A stretch of DNA of 64,000 nucleotides from Macrostomum lignano (lineage: Eukaryota): positions 434,001 through 498,000 of the forward strand of contig NIVC01000506.1 in NCBI GenBank assembly GCA_002269645.1, in the 5' to 3' direction. Each line of letters opens with the position of its first letter. Positions within the stretch are counted from its first letter, which is position 1. This document shows positions 24,457 to 38,699 of the stretch, piece by piece. Position numbers and translations under genes: made by a program. Under the pieces are notes generated by a model, which saw only the letters and a list, made by a program, of their open reading frames with translations, had not been told where the DNA came from and ran no database searches.

Positions 24457-27400
24457 AAAATGAATGATGCACCAGAAGATTCACCAATTCCATTGACACA
24501 TGAGTTTGCTGGATTTATTCACACAAACAAATATACAGATGTGATCGAATCCATTGGTTGGGAGCTAAATGATCAAGTAAGTATTACCTGTAAGTAGTAA
24601 CTAATAGTGACTTTCTATAAATCAAGCTAAATATGATATATTTGATTTCTTTGTTTGATAAAAAATAATTAGTAAGAAAAAGATCCTGATGGCCAATTAT
24701 TTAATAGGGCCTATTTTGATTCTTTTTAATTACTACTTGAAGACGGTTCCTTAATTCTACCAATGTCCTTTACATGCTATATACAGATGTTTGTAAAATA
24801 GTACTTGGTAGTAATATTACTTGAATAAGAATTTAGGGGCCTAGGCTTATTTATGCTATATAAATATATATTATTACTATATAGTTATTGTACCTTATCC
24901 CACTAGCACTAGCTAAATTATTTTATAGTATTCAATTCAATATTTAATAATAATATACCCAAGTACTATATAAACAACTCATTTCTAATATATAAGATTG
25001 TAAGTTGGTCTAAAATTAGTTATTTTATATCATAAAACTTACTATTTTTAAACAAACATATAACAGCATTTTGTAGCTTATTTTCAAAAGTAGTATTCAG
25101 AATTTTTTTTATCATTTATATCATAGACCCTAATAAATCTTTAAAAAATAGGCCTAAAAATATAAGTTTTTTTGCATGGGTATTTAGTATAGGGGATACT
25201 TTATACAATAATATATTTAATATATCTTTATATATTCAATTATATATCCAAAAGTAGACTTTAAAATTAGTTTCTAGGTCTTTTCATTTCAATTCAAATT
25301 AACCATATATAGCATTAGATATCTCTTAGTTATACTATTATTATTTTTATAAGCCTTAACCTATTAATATGTTTTTAGTTTGCCATTTGTTAAATTTATA
25401 TTAAATTCCTATGCCAATGGATATAAATAATATAACATTAGGTTAAATATATTAAAATGCCTTGACTTAAAATATGTCCAAATTTTTACCTTTTACAAAA
25501 CTCACAAGTTTTAACAATTATATTGGTCCCACATTGTACTTGGTTATGACTTTCTAAACCTATTCATTGAATATTTATTTATGCCAACTTTTAGCAAAAA
25601 CTGGAACTGCTTCAAAAGCTGCAACAGCTGCATCCAGATGGCCTCAACTTTGAACAGTTAAATGAAGAAATTGATCACTTCAGTAATAGCATTGGTGAGT
25701 CTTGTCAAGTTAAAAACCATTTTATTAGTTAATGAGCCTCATTTCATTGGCTTCTTGAATTATTGCTTCAGAAGAGCAAGCAGACTTGGATTTGGCACCA
25801 GAGGCAGACGATATTTCGGTGAGTGAATCTGCTGGCAAAACTCAGATTAACATTTATTCTTCAAGTGGCATTATTAATGCCCAAATTTTCCTGCAGCCGA
25901 AGACAGCCTCCTCTAACCGCCAGTCGCCAATTGAGAACTTGGAAATTGTTTCAGCGGACGAGCTGGCTGACAGTAATGAGCGTCAGGCCACCGAGCCGCT
26001 ACCTGCGTGAGTGATTTATTGCCTTTGTGCACTTCATATAGTGAGCTAATGAGGATGTCCAGCAGTTGAGGCTTGCCCACTGTTGAGGCTTGATCACCGG
26101 AACTCGAGAAATTCGCAACGGGGTGTTCACATGGTCACCTGGTGCCACCTGTTGAAGGTCCAAAAGCTCCAGAAGCTGATGCAGACACCTGTGGTCGACG
26201 TGCTGATGAAATTTGAAGGCTTGGCAAGGCTGCACTGAGGCGCAGTGCTGATTGGCGCACATGGGTGCATTGAATACGCTGGCGCTTATGGAAAAAAATC
26301 CGACCTTCTGGCAGTATCGTCGACTATCTCGACGGTCTAGAGGGCAAAAAAATTGTCAGGGGAGGCCTTTGTAGTTCAACGGGCTGAAAAATGACTTGAT
26401 AAAATTCCTACTGTTAATGTGCCATATTTATGTATATGGCATTGTTAGGAGAAGTTTATGGCCAGTAAAATTAGCAATATTCTGCCATAAAACTGTGAAT
26501 TATCCGCATTACCATCGGCCCGACAGTCACCGTTCTGGCGAGCAGCGCTTCGAAGACTGGGGCGGCTCCCAGATGCTCATTGACTTGTCCACGCCGCCCC
26601 CCGAGCCGGCTTCCAGCGCTGGCAGCGCCGCGACAGCCAACGGGAAGCCTCCGCTGCCACCTGTGACTGGAAAGTGAGTATAGTTTAGCTTTGACGTTTT
26701 ATGATCTTGTTTTAAGTAAAGTACGCTTTATTGCATTTCGAAATTCCTGATTCCAACACCATGGAAATCTCAGAGATCCCAGTTCCAAATCCCGGAGATC
26801 CCAGTTCCAAATCCCAGAGATCCCAGTTCCAAATCCCGGAGATCCCAGTTCCAAATCCCAGAGATCCCAGTTCCAAATCCCGGAGATCCCAGTTCCAACT
26901 CCCCAAGATCCCAATTCGAAATCCCGGAGATCCCAGTTTCAAATCCCGGAGATCCCAGCTCAAGATCCCGGAGATCCCAGTTCCGAATCCCGTAGATCCC
27001 AGCTCAAGATCCCGGAGATCCCAGTTCCAAATCCCAGATATCCCAGTTCCAAATCCCGGAGATCCCAGTTCCAAATCCCAGAGATCCTAGTTCCAAATCC
27101 CAGAGATCCAGTTCCAAATCCCGGAGATCCCGGTTCCAAATCCCGCAGACGCAGATCCCAGTTCCAAATCCCGGAGATCCCAGCTCAAGATCCCGGAGAT
27201 CCCAGTTACAAATTCTCTCACTGTCATCCCTGTGCAGTCTGCAGCGCGGCACGGAAGTTCGAATCACCTGGCCGAGGCATCGCTCGCGGTGAGTCAAGCA
27301 GCCGTAACAATTCGTATTTATTGTATTGAATATCAATGACTTTGCGTCTGTCGCCATTGTTTATGTGTCATGCTATGAGTAGTGCTCAGTGATTTAAAAT

Positions 27401-28386
27401 AAAGTTTATTCCCACAGGCCTGCCAGTCTGGGCATCTCGGGTGGCGAGGCGTCCCCAACGCAGGGCCAGAGCCCGTCAAGGTCACCCAGATCCTCCGCCA
27501 GATGGTGAGTTCAGCCGCGAGGTCTTCCTGCCTAGTGTGTGGTGTCGCTTTAAATCCTAATGTACTTTTGATATCAAATGGCTTCATCCCCATCCTCAGC
27601 TTCATCCCATCCTTACTCAGCTTCGTCCCCATCCTCAGCTTCATCCCCATCCTCAGCTTCATCCCCATCCTCAGCTTCATCCCCATCCTCAGCTTCATCC
27701 CCATCCTTACTCAGCTTCACCCCCATCCTTACTCAGCTTCATCCCCATCCTCAGCTTCATCCCATCCTTACTCAGCTTCATCCCCATCCTTACTCAGCTT
27801 CATCCCCATCCTCAGCTTCATCCCCATCCTTACTCAGCTTCATTCCCATCCTCGGCTTCATCCCCATCCTTACTCAGCTTCATCCCCATCCTCAGCTTCA
27901 TCTTAAACCTATCCCCCTCCCATCGTTATCGCGAACTGGCAGCTCGCCGAACCGCAGGATGCAGCGTCGGCTGTCGGCGGTGCAGCTCGCCCAGCAGCTG
28001 TTCAGCAGCTCCAGCGGCCGCTCGAGTCCGCGCAACGCGAGCGTCGGCGGCAGCGGCGGTGGCGGCGGCAGCGGCATGAGCGAGGCGGACCTGGCCGCTA
28101 TTGAGATGGCAGCCCAGTTCAACGATCACATGACCGACCAGCTGCGGGTGCTCACTGACCAGGTGACCAAGCTGACCAGCACCCAGACTCAGTCGGACTC
28201 GCGCCAGTCCCGCCTGATGGAGGACAATCAGCAGCTGCGGGAGCGCCTGCTGCGTCTGGAGGACGAATACCGGGAGGCCGAGGCCCGCTTCAGCCGGGAC
28301 AGGGAGGCCGACAAGGCCAGAGCCAGGGAGAAGCTGGCCAAGCTCACCAGGGAGAAGGACGAGGAGATCGAATCGCTGATGGACAG

Positions 28387-28474
<88 letters not shown>

Positions 28475-28511
28475 TTCTGTCTGTCTGTCTGTCTGTCTGT
28501 CTGTGTGTCTT

Positions 28512-28574
<63 letters not shown>

Positions 28575-28609
28575 GTCTATCTGTCTATCTGTCTGTCTGT
28601 GTGTCTGTG

Positions 28610-28672
<63 letters not shown>

Positions 28673-31600
28673 GCCTTAGTGTCTGTCTGTCTGTCTGTCT
28701 GCCTCTGTTTTTATTGCCATCTATACGATAGAAGCCATACCAGCCCACTCCAGCCTCAGTTTTTGGTTGTTAGCTGAGCTCAAAACGCTGATTAGGTGTG
28801 CTAAAATATTACAATACCTTGATTCGCGATGCCTCTGCCCTCCTGTGCTGCCACACCCAGCTGCTCTGTCGGTCCTCACGGATTCCTCAGTGCTATTCTG
28901 TGCCACACCCGTTAATTTTGGGCGGCAGGGGTCTTCGGCGCCTCCTTCTACCTGCCTGACTTAACCCTTGATTCAGTTGGCTTTATCTGTCCCAGATTCG
29001 TCTTTTTATTTTCTGTTCATGGGACAAAGCAGGTTAAGAGATCATTTTATTAATCAGATTTTTCCGCAAGTACTTGCTAGCTACTGTAAGTAGAACAGAT
29101 CCAACCAATAATACAATATTTCCCCATTTCCCATAGAAATCGCGCTCAGCCTCATCTGCACATAAGAATCGCCCCCAGCCTCATCTGCACATAAGAATCG
29201 CCCCCATCCTCATCTGCACATAAGAATCGCCCCCAGCCTCATCTGCACATAAGAATCGCCCTCCATCCTCATCTGCACATAAGAATCGCCCCCAGCCTCA
29301 TCTGCACATAAGAATCGCCCCCAGCCTCATCTGCACATAAGAATCGCCCCCAGCCTCATCTGCACATAAGAATCGCCCCCAGCCTCATCTGCACATAAGA
29401 ATCGCCCCCAGCCTCATCTGCACAAAAGAAAATCTCCTGAGGCTATTAATAAACGAGTCGCAGGATGTTGTCCAAGCCTGCCATATCCGCAATTATTTCA
29501 GTTTCCTCCGCTTGTGTTTACATCAAGCCTTAAAGCTGAGCAAGACAAGTGTCGGCTGTTTTTTCAACTAAACAGTTTCAGTCTGTTTTTGCGTCTTCTT
29601 CTACTGCCCTTTCCTTTGCTGAATTCCTGCTGGCTTTCTTTTTTCATTTTGTCAACCCGACTCTCCGTTTTGGCCTCTTCCCCTAACCATTCTCAGCGCT
29701 GTGCCTGGATAGAGTAGCCGCATGCCCCTTTGTGTTAGCAACTTGCCTTCTCAAATTTCTTTGAGAAAGCGGCATGGCTGGTGCATGTAATTGCTATCTC
29801 GAATCGACTCCGTAAATCTCCCATTCCCCAGCCCATAATCCATCTCCCATTCCCCAGCCCATAATCCCATCTCCCATTCCCCAGCCCATAATCCCACCTT
29901 CCATTCCCCAGCTCAATCCCATCTCCCATTCCCCAGCCCATAATCCCATCTCCCATTCCCCAGCCCATAATCCTATCTCCCATTCCCCAGCTCAATCCCA
30001 CCTCCCATTCCCCAGCCCATAATCCCATCTCCCATTCCCCAGCCCATAATCCCATCTCCCATTCCCCAGCCCATAATCCCATCTCCCATTCCCCAGCCCA
30101 TAATCCCATCTCCCATTCCCCAGCCCATAATCCCACCTTCCATTCCCCAGCTCAATCCCATCTCCCATTCCCCAGCTCAATCCCATCTCCCATTCCCCAG
30201 CTCAATCCCATCTCCCATTCCCCAGCTCAATCCCACCTCCCATTCCCCAGCCCATAATCCCATCTCCCATTCCCCAGCCCATAATCCCACCTTCCATTCC
30301 CCAGCTCAATCCCATCTCCCATTCCCCAGCTCAATCCCACCTCCCATTCCCCAGCCCATAATCCCATCTCCCATTCCCCAGCTCATAATCCCACCTTCCA
30401 TTCCCCAGCTCAATCCCATCTCCCATTCCCCAGCCCATAATCCCATCTCCCATTCCCCAGCTCAATCCCATCTCCCATTCCCCAGCCCATAATCCCATCT
30501 CCCATTCCCCAGCCCATAATCCCATCTCCCATTCCCCAGCCCATAATCCTATCTCCCATTCCCCAGCCCATAATCCCATCTCCCATTCCCCAGCTCAATC
30601 CCACCTCCCATTCCCCAGCCCATAATCCCATCTCCCATTCCCCAGCTCATAATCCCACCTTCCATTCCCCAGCTCAATCCCATCTCCCATTCCCCAGCCC
30701 ATAATCCCATCTCCCATTCCCCAGCTCAATCCCATCTCCCATTCCCCAGCCCATAATCCCATCTCCCATTCCCCAGCCCATAATCCCATCTCCCATTCCC
30801 CAGCCCATAATCCTATCTCCCATTCCCCAGCCCATAATCCCACCTTCCATTCCCCAGCTCAATCCCACCTCCCATTCCCCAGCCATAATCCCATCTCCCA
30901 TTCCCCAGCTCATAATCCCACCTTCCATTCCCCAGCTCAATCCCATCTCCCATTCCCCAGCCCATAATCCCATCTCCCATTCCCCAGCTCAATCCCATCT
31001 CCCATTCCCCAGCTCAATCCCATCTCCCATTCCCCAGCTCAATCCCATCTCCCATTCCCCAGCCCATAATCCCATCTCCCATTCCCCAGCTCAATCCCAT
31101 CTCCCATTCCCCAGCTCAATCCCATCTCCCATTCCCCAGCTCAATCCCATCTCCCATTCCCCAGCTCAATCCCATCTCCCATTCCCCAGCTCAATCCCAT
31201 CTCCCATTCCCCAGCTCAATCCCATCTCCCATTCCCCAGCTCAATCCCATCTCCCACTCCCCAGCTCAATCCCATCTCCCATTCCCCAGCTCAATCCCAT
31301 CTCCCATTCCCCAGCTCAATCCCATCTCCCATTTCCCAGCTCAATCCCATCTCCCATTCCCCAGCTCAATCCCATCTCCCATTCCCCAGCTCAATCCCAT
31401 CTCCCATTCCCCAGCTCAATCCCATCTCCCATTCCCCAGCTCAATCCCATCTCCCATTCACCAGCTCAATCCCATCTCCCACTCCCCAGCTCAATCCCAC
31501 CTCCCATTCCCCAGCTCAATCCCATCTCCCATTCCCCAGCTCAATCCCATCTCCCATTTCCCAGCTCAATCCCATCTCCCATTCCCCAGCTCAATCCCAT

Positions 31601-34600
31601 CTCCCATTCCCCAGCTCAATCCCATCTCCCATTCCCCAGCTCAATCCCATCTCCCATTCCCCAGCTCAATCCCATCTCCCATTCCCCAGCTCAATCCCAT
31701 CTCCCATTCCCCAGCTCAATCCCATCTCCCATTCCCCAGCTCAATCCCATCTCCCATTCCCCAGCTCAATCCCATCTCCCATTCCCCAGCTCAATCCCAT
31801 CTCCCATTCCCCAGCTCAATCCCATCTCCCACTCCCCAGCTCAATCCCATCTCCCATTCCCCAGCTCAATCCCATCTTCCATTCCCCAGCTCAATCCCAT
31901 CTCCCATTCCCCAGCTCAATCCCATCTCCCATTCCCCAGCTTAATCCCATCTCCCATTCCCCAGCTCAATCCCATCTCCCACTCCGGCAACCGCAGACTG
32001 CGCGGCCAGGAGTCGCAGTCCGCGGAGCTCCGCCAAGAGGCGCTGCGGCTGCGCGCCGAGTCCGAGCGGTTTCGCCTGGAGGCGGCCCGCCTGGAGGAGA
32101 AACTCGAGGCGGCCGAGCAGCGCCTGACGGCCGCCAAAGGCGAAGCGGATCGGGCGCGGGAAACGGCGCGGCGCGAGCTCGACGGCGTCAGGGAGGAGCG
32201 GAACCGGGTTCAGAGCGCGCTAGACGAGCTGCAGGCGGAGGCGGAGGCGCTGCGAACCGGCGGAGGAGACGGTGAGCGGCTCGGGGTCATCTGGGGTCAA
32301 ACAGTCCTGACTCCTAATTTTATTCTTAGTTTTGTTAGATACATGTACCTGATGGCAACAGACATTTGCCGATAGGGTTTAGGGGATGCAATGATGCAGG
32401 GAAGGGTTTAGAGGGAGATGCAGGGAGGGGATTCAGAGAGAGATGCAGGGAGGGGATTCAGAGGGAGATGCAGATGCAGGGAGGGGATTCAGAGAGAGAT
32501 GCAGGGAGGGGATTCAGAGAAAGATGCAGGGACGGGATTCAGATGGAGATGCAGGGAGGGGATTCAGAGAGAGATGCAGGGAGAGGATTCAGATGGAGAT
32601 GCAGGGAGGGGATTCAGATGGAGATGCAGGGAGGGGATTCAGATGGAGATGCAGGGAGGGGATTCAGAGAAAGATGCAGGGAGGGGATTCAGAGAGAGAT
32701 GCAGGGAGGGGATTCAGAGAGAGATGCAGGGAGGGGATTCAGAGGGAGATGCAGGGAGGGAATTCAGAGGGAGATGCAGATGCAGGGAGGGATTCAGAGA
32801 GAGATGCAGGGAGGGGATTCAGAGGGAGATGCAGGGAGGGAATTCAGAGGGAGATGCAGATGCAGGGAGGGATTCAGAGAGAGATGCAGGGAGGGGATTC
32901 AGAGGGAGATGCAGGGAGGGAATTCAGAGGGAGATGCAGATGCAGGGAGGGATTCAGAGAGAAATGCAGGGAGGGGATTCAGAGAAAGATGCAGGGAGGG
33001 GATTCAGAGAGAGATGCAGGGAGGGATTCAGAGAGAAATGCAGGGAGGGGATTCAGAGGGAGATGCAGGGAGGGGATTCAGATGGAGATGCAGGGAGGGG
33101 ATTCAGATGGAGATGCAGGGAGGGGATTCAGAGAAAGATGCAGGGAGGGGATTCAGAGAGAGATGCAGGGAGGGGATTCAGAGAGAGATGCATGGAGGGG
33201 ATTCAGAGGGAGATGCAGGGAGGGGATTTAGAGGGAGATGCAGGGAGGGATTTCAGAGGGAGATGCATGGAGGGGATTCAGAGAGATGCAGGGAGGGAAT
33301 TCAGAGGGAGATGCAGATGCAGGGAGGGATTCAGAGAGAGATGCAGGGAGGGGATTCAGAGGGAGATGCAGGGAGGGAATTCAGAGGGAGATGCAGATGC
33401 AGGGAGGGATTCAGAGAGAAATGCAGGGAGGGGATTCAGAGGGAGATGCAGGGAGGGGATTCAGATGGAGATGCAGGGAGGGGATTCAGAGAGAGATGCA
33501 GGGAGGGGATTCAGAGAGAGATGCAGGGAGGGGATTCAGAGGGAGATGCAGGGAGGGAATTCAGAGGGAGATGCAGATGCAGGGAGGGATTCAGAGAGAG
33601 ATGCAGGGAGGGAATTCAGAGGGAGATGCAGATGCAGGGAGGGATTCAGAGAGAGATGCAGGGAGGGGATTCAGAGGGAGATGCAGGGAGGGGATTTAGA
33701 GGGAGATGCAGGGAGGGGTTTCAGAGGGAGATGCATGGAGGGGATTCAGAGAGAGATGCAGGGAGGGAATTCAGAGGGAGATGCAGATGCAGGGAGGGAT
33801 TCAGAGAGAGATGCAGGGAGGGGATTCAGAGAAAGATGCAGGGAGGGGATTCAGATGGAGATGCAGGGAGGGGATTCAGAGGGAGATGCAGGGAGAGGAT
33901 TCAGATGGCGATGCAGGGAGGGGATTCAGATGGAGATGCAGGGAGGGGATTCAGAGAGAGATGCAGGGAGGGGATTCAGAGAAAGATGCAGGGAGGGGAT
34001 TCAGAGAGAGATGCAGGGAGGGGATTCAGAGAGAGATGCAGGGAGGGGATTCAGAGGGAGATGCAGGGAGGGGATTTAGAGGGAGATGCAGGGAGGGGAT
34101 TCAGAGAGAGATGCAGGGAGGGGATTCAGAGGGAGATGCAGGGAGGGAATTCAGAGGGAGATGCAGATGCAGGGAGGGATTCAGAGAGAGATGCAGGGAG
34201 GGGATTCAGAGGGAGATGCAGGGAGGGAATTCAGAGGGAGATGCAGATGCAGGGAGGGATTCAGAGAGAAATGCAGGGAGGGGATTCAGAGGGAGATGCA
34301 GGGAGGGGATTCAGATGGAGATGCAGGGAGGGGATTCAGATGGAGATGCAGGGAGGGGATTCAGATGGAGATGCAGGGAGGGGATTCAGAGAGAGATGCA
34401 GGGAGGGGATTCAGAGAGAGATGCAGGGAGGGGATTCAGAGGGAGATGCAGGGAGGGGATTTAGAGGGAGATGCAGGGAGGGGTTTCAGAGGGAGATGCA
34501 TGGAGGGGATTCAGAGAGAGATGCAGGGAGGGAATTTAGAGGGAGATGCAGATGCAGGGAGGGATTCAGAGAGAGATGCAGGGAGGGGATTCAGAGGGAG

Positions 34601-35957
34601 ATGCAGGGAGGGGATTCAGAGAGAGATGCAGGGAGGGGATTCAGAGAGAGATGCAGGGAGGGGATTCAGAGGGAGATGCAGGGAGAGGATTCAGAGAGAG
34701 ATGCAGGGAGGGGATTCAGAGAGAGATGCAGGGAGGGGATTCAGAGAGAGATGCAGGGAGAGGATAAAAAAGTTACATGCTCAGTCAGAAAAGCCATAGA
34801 CGTGTACGGGATTTCCCGCAGCTCCCAGTCGCCTCCGATTCTCCCAACCCGCAGGCCGATCCGCCGTCACCGAGGCGGCCGCCCGCTACGCTGAGGTGGA
34901 GCAGCTCGCCCGCCGGCTCACCCAGGAGAATCGCGGCCTGCGCGATCAGCTGGAAGAGCTGCAGGCTGACCTGCTGGCTCGGGGCGTCGAGGAGGGCCGC
35001 GCCCTGGTCAGCGGCGGCCAGGGGGCAGCTGACCCCGCCAGCCTGGCCGCCGAAATCGATTTGATGAACAAGGAGGAGGTGAGCGCTGCCTGTAGGCATG
35101 CTGCGTCTGTCTCTGTGGTTGCTAAGCCCGAATAGTTCGTTGCTAAGCTCGAATAGTTCCTGCTAAGCTCGAATAGTTCGTTGCTAAGCTCGAATAGTCC
35201 GTTGCTAAGCTCGAATAGTCCGTTGCTAAGCCCGAATAGTCCGTTGCTAAGCCCGAATATTTCGTTACTAAGCTCGAATAGTCCGTTGCTAAGCCCGAAT
35301 AGTCCGTTGCTAAGCTCGAATAGTCATTTGCTAAGCTCGAATAGTCCGTTGCTAAGCCGGAATACTCAGTTGCTAAGCCCGAATAGTCAGTTGCTAAGCC
35401 CGAATAGTTCGTTGCTAAGCTCTAATAGTCTGTTGCTAAGCCCAAATAGTCAGTTGCTAAGCCCGAATAGTTCGTTGCTAAGCCCAAATAGTCAGTTTCT
35501 AAGCCCGAATAGTCAGTTGCTAAGCCCGAATAGTCAGGTGCTTAGCCCGAATAGTTCGTTGTGTCTGAGAGGCCTGTGTCTGTCACAGCGATCTTAAACA
35601 AGCAGCTGCCTCAATGGGTCAGTCAGTAAGTAATTTGCCGTGGTCAGTACGAAGATCAGAAGGCTGTCTCCGTCATCTCTTGAGGCAGGCACCTGGAGCG
35701 AGTGACAAATCAACACCCTGTTTGATAGGGCTGTAGAAACACTGGGAGACAATGGCGACCCCGCGCAGTCATCACAGTTGTCACTAATCAGGCTTAACAC
35801 TAATCCCAATCATTTAATCCCAACACAGCTGATGGACCTGCTTGTCAGAGAGAAGGACGCCACCCAGAAGCTGCGCTCCTACATCGACCGAATCCTGCTC
35901 AAGATTATGGAGAAGCAGCCGGAACTGCTCGAGATTGGCATGGCGTCCACTGCCTGA
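24457..35957 (+). CDS. RAB11FIP3/4: Rab11 family-interacting protein class II (FIP3/FIP4, nuclear fallout-like). Exons 24457-24576, 25595-25694, 25772-25818, 25897-26006, 26527-26673, 27418-27504(approx), 27958-28386, 31997-32271, 34822-35078, 35829-35957
   Basis: GT-AG exons with mutually consistent phases. Motifs EQRFEDWGG, the coiled coil ...[19 protein letters not shown]...[12 protein letters not shown], and the C-terminal [19 protein letters not shown]|LMDLL...[23 protein letters not shown]. The 5' exons are less certain and further upstream exons may exist. Confidence 0.85.
26775..27205. repeat. 22-bp intronic minisatellite (GAGATCCCAGTTCCAAATCCCG)n
   Basis: Visible periodicity. Confidence 0.95.
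27586..27900. repeat. 18-bp intronic minisatellite (CATCCCCATCCTCAGCTT)n
   Basis: Visible periodicity. Confidence 0.95.
28387..28700. repeat. (CTGT)n microsatellite starting at the splice donor
   Basis: Direct observation. Confidence 0.98.
29150..29425. repeat. 29-bp minisatellite (CGCCCCCAGCCTCATCTGCACATAAGAAT)n
   Basis: Visible periodicity. Confidence 0.95.
29815..31985. repeat. 25/27-bp minisatellite (CTCCCATTCCCCAGCTCAATCCCAT / ...CAGCCCATAATCCCAT)n, 2.2 kb
   Basis: Visible periodicity; mixed 25/27-bp units at the 5' end and almost pure 25-bp units at the 3' end. Confidence 0.97.
32395..34765. repeat. About 24-bp purine-rich minisatellite (GATGCAGGGAGGGGATTCAGAGAG)n, 2.4 kb
   Basis: Visible periodicity; the 842-aa ORF is an artefact of a stop-free repeat. 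Confidence 0.97.
35115..35560. repeat. 20-bp minisatellite (GTTGCTAAGCCCGAATAGTC)n
   Basis: Visible periodicity. Confidence 0.95.
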
Positions 35958-35994
35958 GTGTCGGCTCCTGAGGCATTCCTGACAGTCCCGATGC

Positions 35995-36150
35995 TTCTGT
36001 GACTGTCCTGACACTTTCCTGTGCCTGTCCTGACACTTTTCTGTGACTGTCCTGACACTTTCCTGTGACTGTCCTGACACTTTTCTGTGACTGTCCTGAT
36101 AGTTTCCTGTGCCTGTCCTGACACTTTTCTGTGACTGTCCTGACAGTTTC
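35995..36150. repeat. 22-bp minisatellite (TTCCTGTGACTGTCCTGACACT)n in the FIP 3' region
   Basis: Visible periodicity. Confidence 0.9.
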
Positions 36151-36729
36151 CTGTCTTAGAGACATTGCTGATGAGACTCTATGAGACTCTATTGGCATTC
36201 TTCATATGAATCTCTTGGATCTGTCTGCCAGACTCTCGAGACTGTCCCTCGGACTATTAAATCTTGAGTCCATGTGAAAGCTCATCTGACATTGTCCAAA
36301 ACTGTGACCGATCCGATCTCCATGCTTGCCTTCTGTCCCACGCGAGACTGTCGCAGCCAACACGGGCTGGCTGAGTTCACCAGCGCACCAATTTCTGTGT
36401 TTCTGAGCAGCAGCAGTGCGGTTGTCTTTTGCATTGCATTGACCGGTTTTTATTTTTATCAACTTTTTTGTTTGTTAGCAATGTTTGTTTTTTACCTGAG
36501 CCAATCATGTCACCGGGAAATCCATTTCTTGTTGTTGTCTGACCTGTTGCCTTTTTGTGGCAGCGAGCAGGCCACGGCAATTTTCACCGCACAGCCCACA
36601 GCTTTTGCGTTTTGCTGCTGGCTTCTCGCTGGAGGTTGCTTGAGGTTGGTTGAGGGCCCGGATTGAATTGATTTGTGTCCTGGCGGGATCTGCTGCATTC
36701 CTTTGGTGTCTTGGAAACAACTTTGCGGG

Positions 36730-37105
36730 AAACTCATTAGAATTCAATGAGAAATTTTCTGGAAAATTGATAGGCAATTTCCGAGAGAATTCAAAGGGGA
36801 ATTTTCGAGAGAATTCAATGGGTCTTTCCTAGAGAATTCCATGAAGAATTTCCCAGAGATTTTAATGGGGAATTTTCAAGAGAATTCAATACGGATTTTT
36901 CGAGAGAATTCAGTAGGGAATTTCCGAGGGAATTTAACGGGAATTTCTGAGAAACATTTTTGGGGAATTTCCAAGAGAATCTAATGGGAATTTCTGATAA
37001 ATTTTTTGGGGGAATTTCAAAGATAATTCAATGGGGAATCTCCAAGATAATTCATTGGGGAACTTCCGAGGGAATTCATTGGGGAATTTCCGGGAGAATT
37101 TAATC
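36730..37105. repeat. Degenerate about 23-bp repeat (GGGAATTTCCGAGAGAATTCAAT-like)
   Basis: Visible but degenerate periodicity. Confidence 0.75.
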
Positions 37106-37584
37106 TGACGATGTGGACACAATGTGCTTAATAATTGAGTCATTCTAAAATTTTACAGAGGCTCGGGCCTTCAAACCCACTTTTTCTCACTCTGTTAAAA
37201 GTGCAATGCGCTTTTTAGCTGGTTTGTTTTTTAGTGCAAGAGCGTCGCCTGTCCTTTGTCGGCACTTCTCCTAGAAGCCTTTTGTTTGTATTGCTGGCAC
37301 CTGTTCACAACACTTCAATGCATTCCACTTTGCTCTTTCTAATTCTGTGCGAGTAGCTGCCTACCAACTCCTGCTGGTGGCGGATGCCGGGGGGCCATGG
37401 CTAGCTGCAATATTCCCTGTTGACTCCTGCATATGATTATATTAGTCTTTGAACTGCTACTTATTATCTGCATATTTATATAAATATAATTCTTTATTTG
37501 CGTCTAATTTCCAGTTTATACGCGCACCGGCTTTACACGATAGACGGTGGTTTTAATTAATATCTCCTTTGTCTTTTGTACTCA

Positions 37585-38165
37585 GAGAGTGCGCGCTTAT
37601 ACAAGTTGCGCTACTATGATAGTGCGCGCTTATACAAATTGCGCTACTATGATCGTGCGCGCTTATACAAGTTGCGCTACTATGATAGTGCGCGCTTATA
37701 CAAGTTGCGCTACTATGATATTGCGCACTTATACAACTTGCGCTACTATGACAGTGCGCGCTTATACAAGTTGCGCTACTATGATAGTGCGCGCTTATAC
37801 AACTTACACTATTATGATAGTTCGCGCTTATACAAGTTGCGCTACTCTGATAGTGCACACAGTGTTGTACACTCTCTCTGCCCTTCCCAGTCCTTACTGA
37901 GCAATGTACATTCTCTCTGCCCTTCTTAGTCCTTACTGAGCAATGTACATTCTCTCTGCCCTTCCAAGTCCTTACTGAGCAATGTACATTCTCTCTCCCC
38001 TTCCAAGTCCTTACTGAGCAATGTACATTCTCTCTGCCCTTCCCAGTCCTTACTGAGCAATGTACATTCTCTCTCCCCTTCCCAGTCCTTACTGAGCAAT
38101 GTGCATTCTCTCTCCCCTTCCCAGTCCTTACTGAGCAATTTAAATTCTCTCTGCCCTTCCCAGTT
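37585..38165. repeat. Adjacent 33-bp (AGTGCGCGCTTATACAAGTTGCGCTACTATGAT) and 39-bp (TCCTTACTGAGCAATGTACATTCTCTCTGCCCTTCCCAG) arrays
   Basis: Visible periodicity; 11-aa and 13-aa periodic ORFs. Confidence 0.93.
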
Positions 38166-38699
38166 CTAGTTTCAGTTTCCTACCAGCTATCTATAAACAG
38201 CGATTTGATCATAAATTTGCGTGTGCTGCTCGCAATTAAGCCGCTAGTGCGTCATTTTCTCAGCTCAGCCCACCTGCGCACCCTCCTGGTCAAGAATTAC
38301 CAGCATCAATGATTCTCATGAGCTTGTTTGAAGTTTTCCCAGCAACAACAACACGCACGCGATCGACAGCTAACGAGGCAGCCACGCAGCGTACAAGTGC
38401 AAAAAATACTCAGTGCGCAGGGCTGTGGGTTGGACGGATTCGGATTCGCAGAGCTGCCTGTAAAAATTAATGGCTAAGGGAAATTGGATTTTTTGGACAG
38501 CCAGAAACTTCCGGGACGAGAGGCCGAGGCTGAGTCATCTGAGCGGTACCTGATCCTGCCTGGTCTGGCCGCCTGCCAGGCATTCTGTTGCATGGTCTGC
38601 AGCAGACTTCTTTCGAGTCAAAGCAGTGTTCGTCCCTTCAGGAAATGGATTGATAGTTTCTGGTGAAAATGAAGATGGCTAAGGAAGGAAGGAACTTTC

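Noticed and set aside
27578-28777. 399-aa ORF as a single-exon gene
   Set aside because: Only 27958-28386 is exon; the flanks are an 18-bp array and (CTGT)n.
32366-34894. 842-aa and overlapping long ORFs
   Set aside because: A stop-free purine-rich minisatellite inside an intron of the FIP gene, open in several frames.
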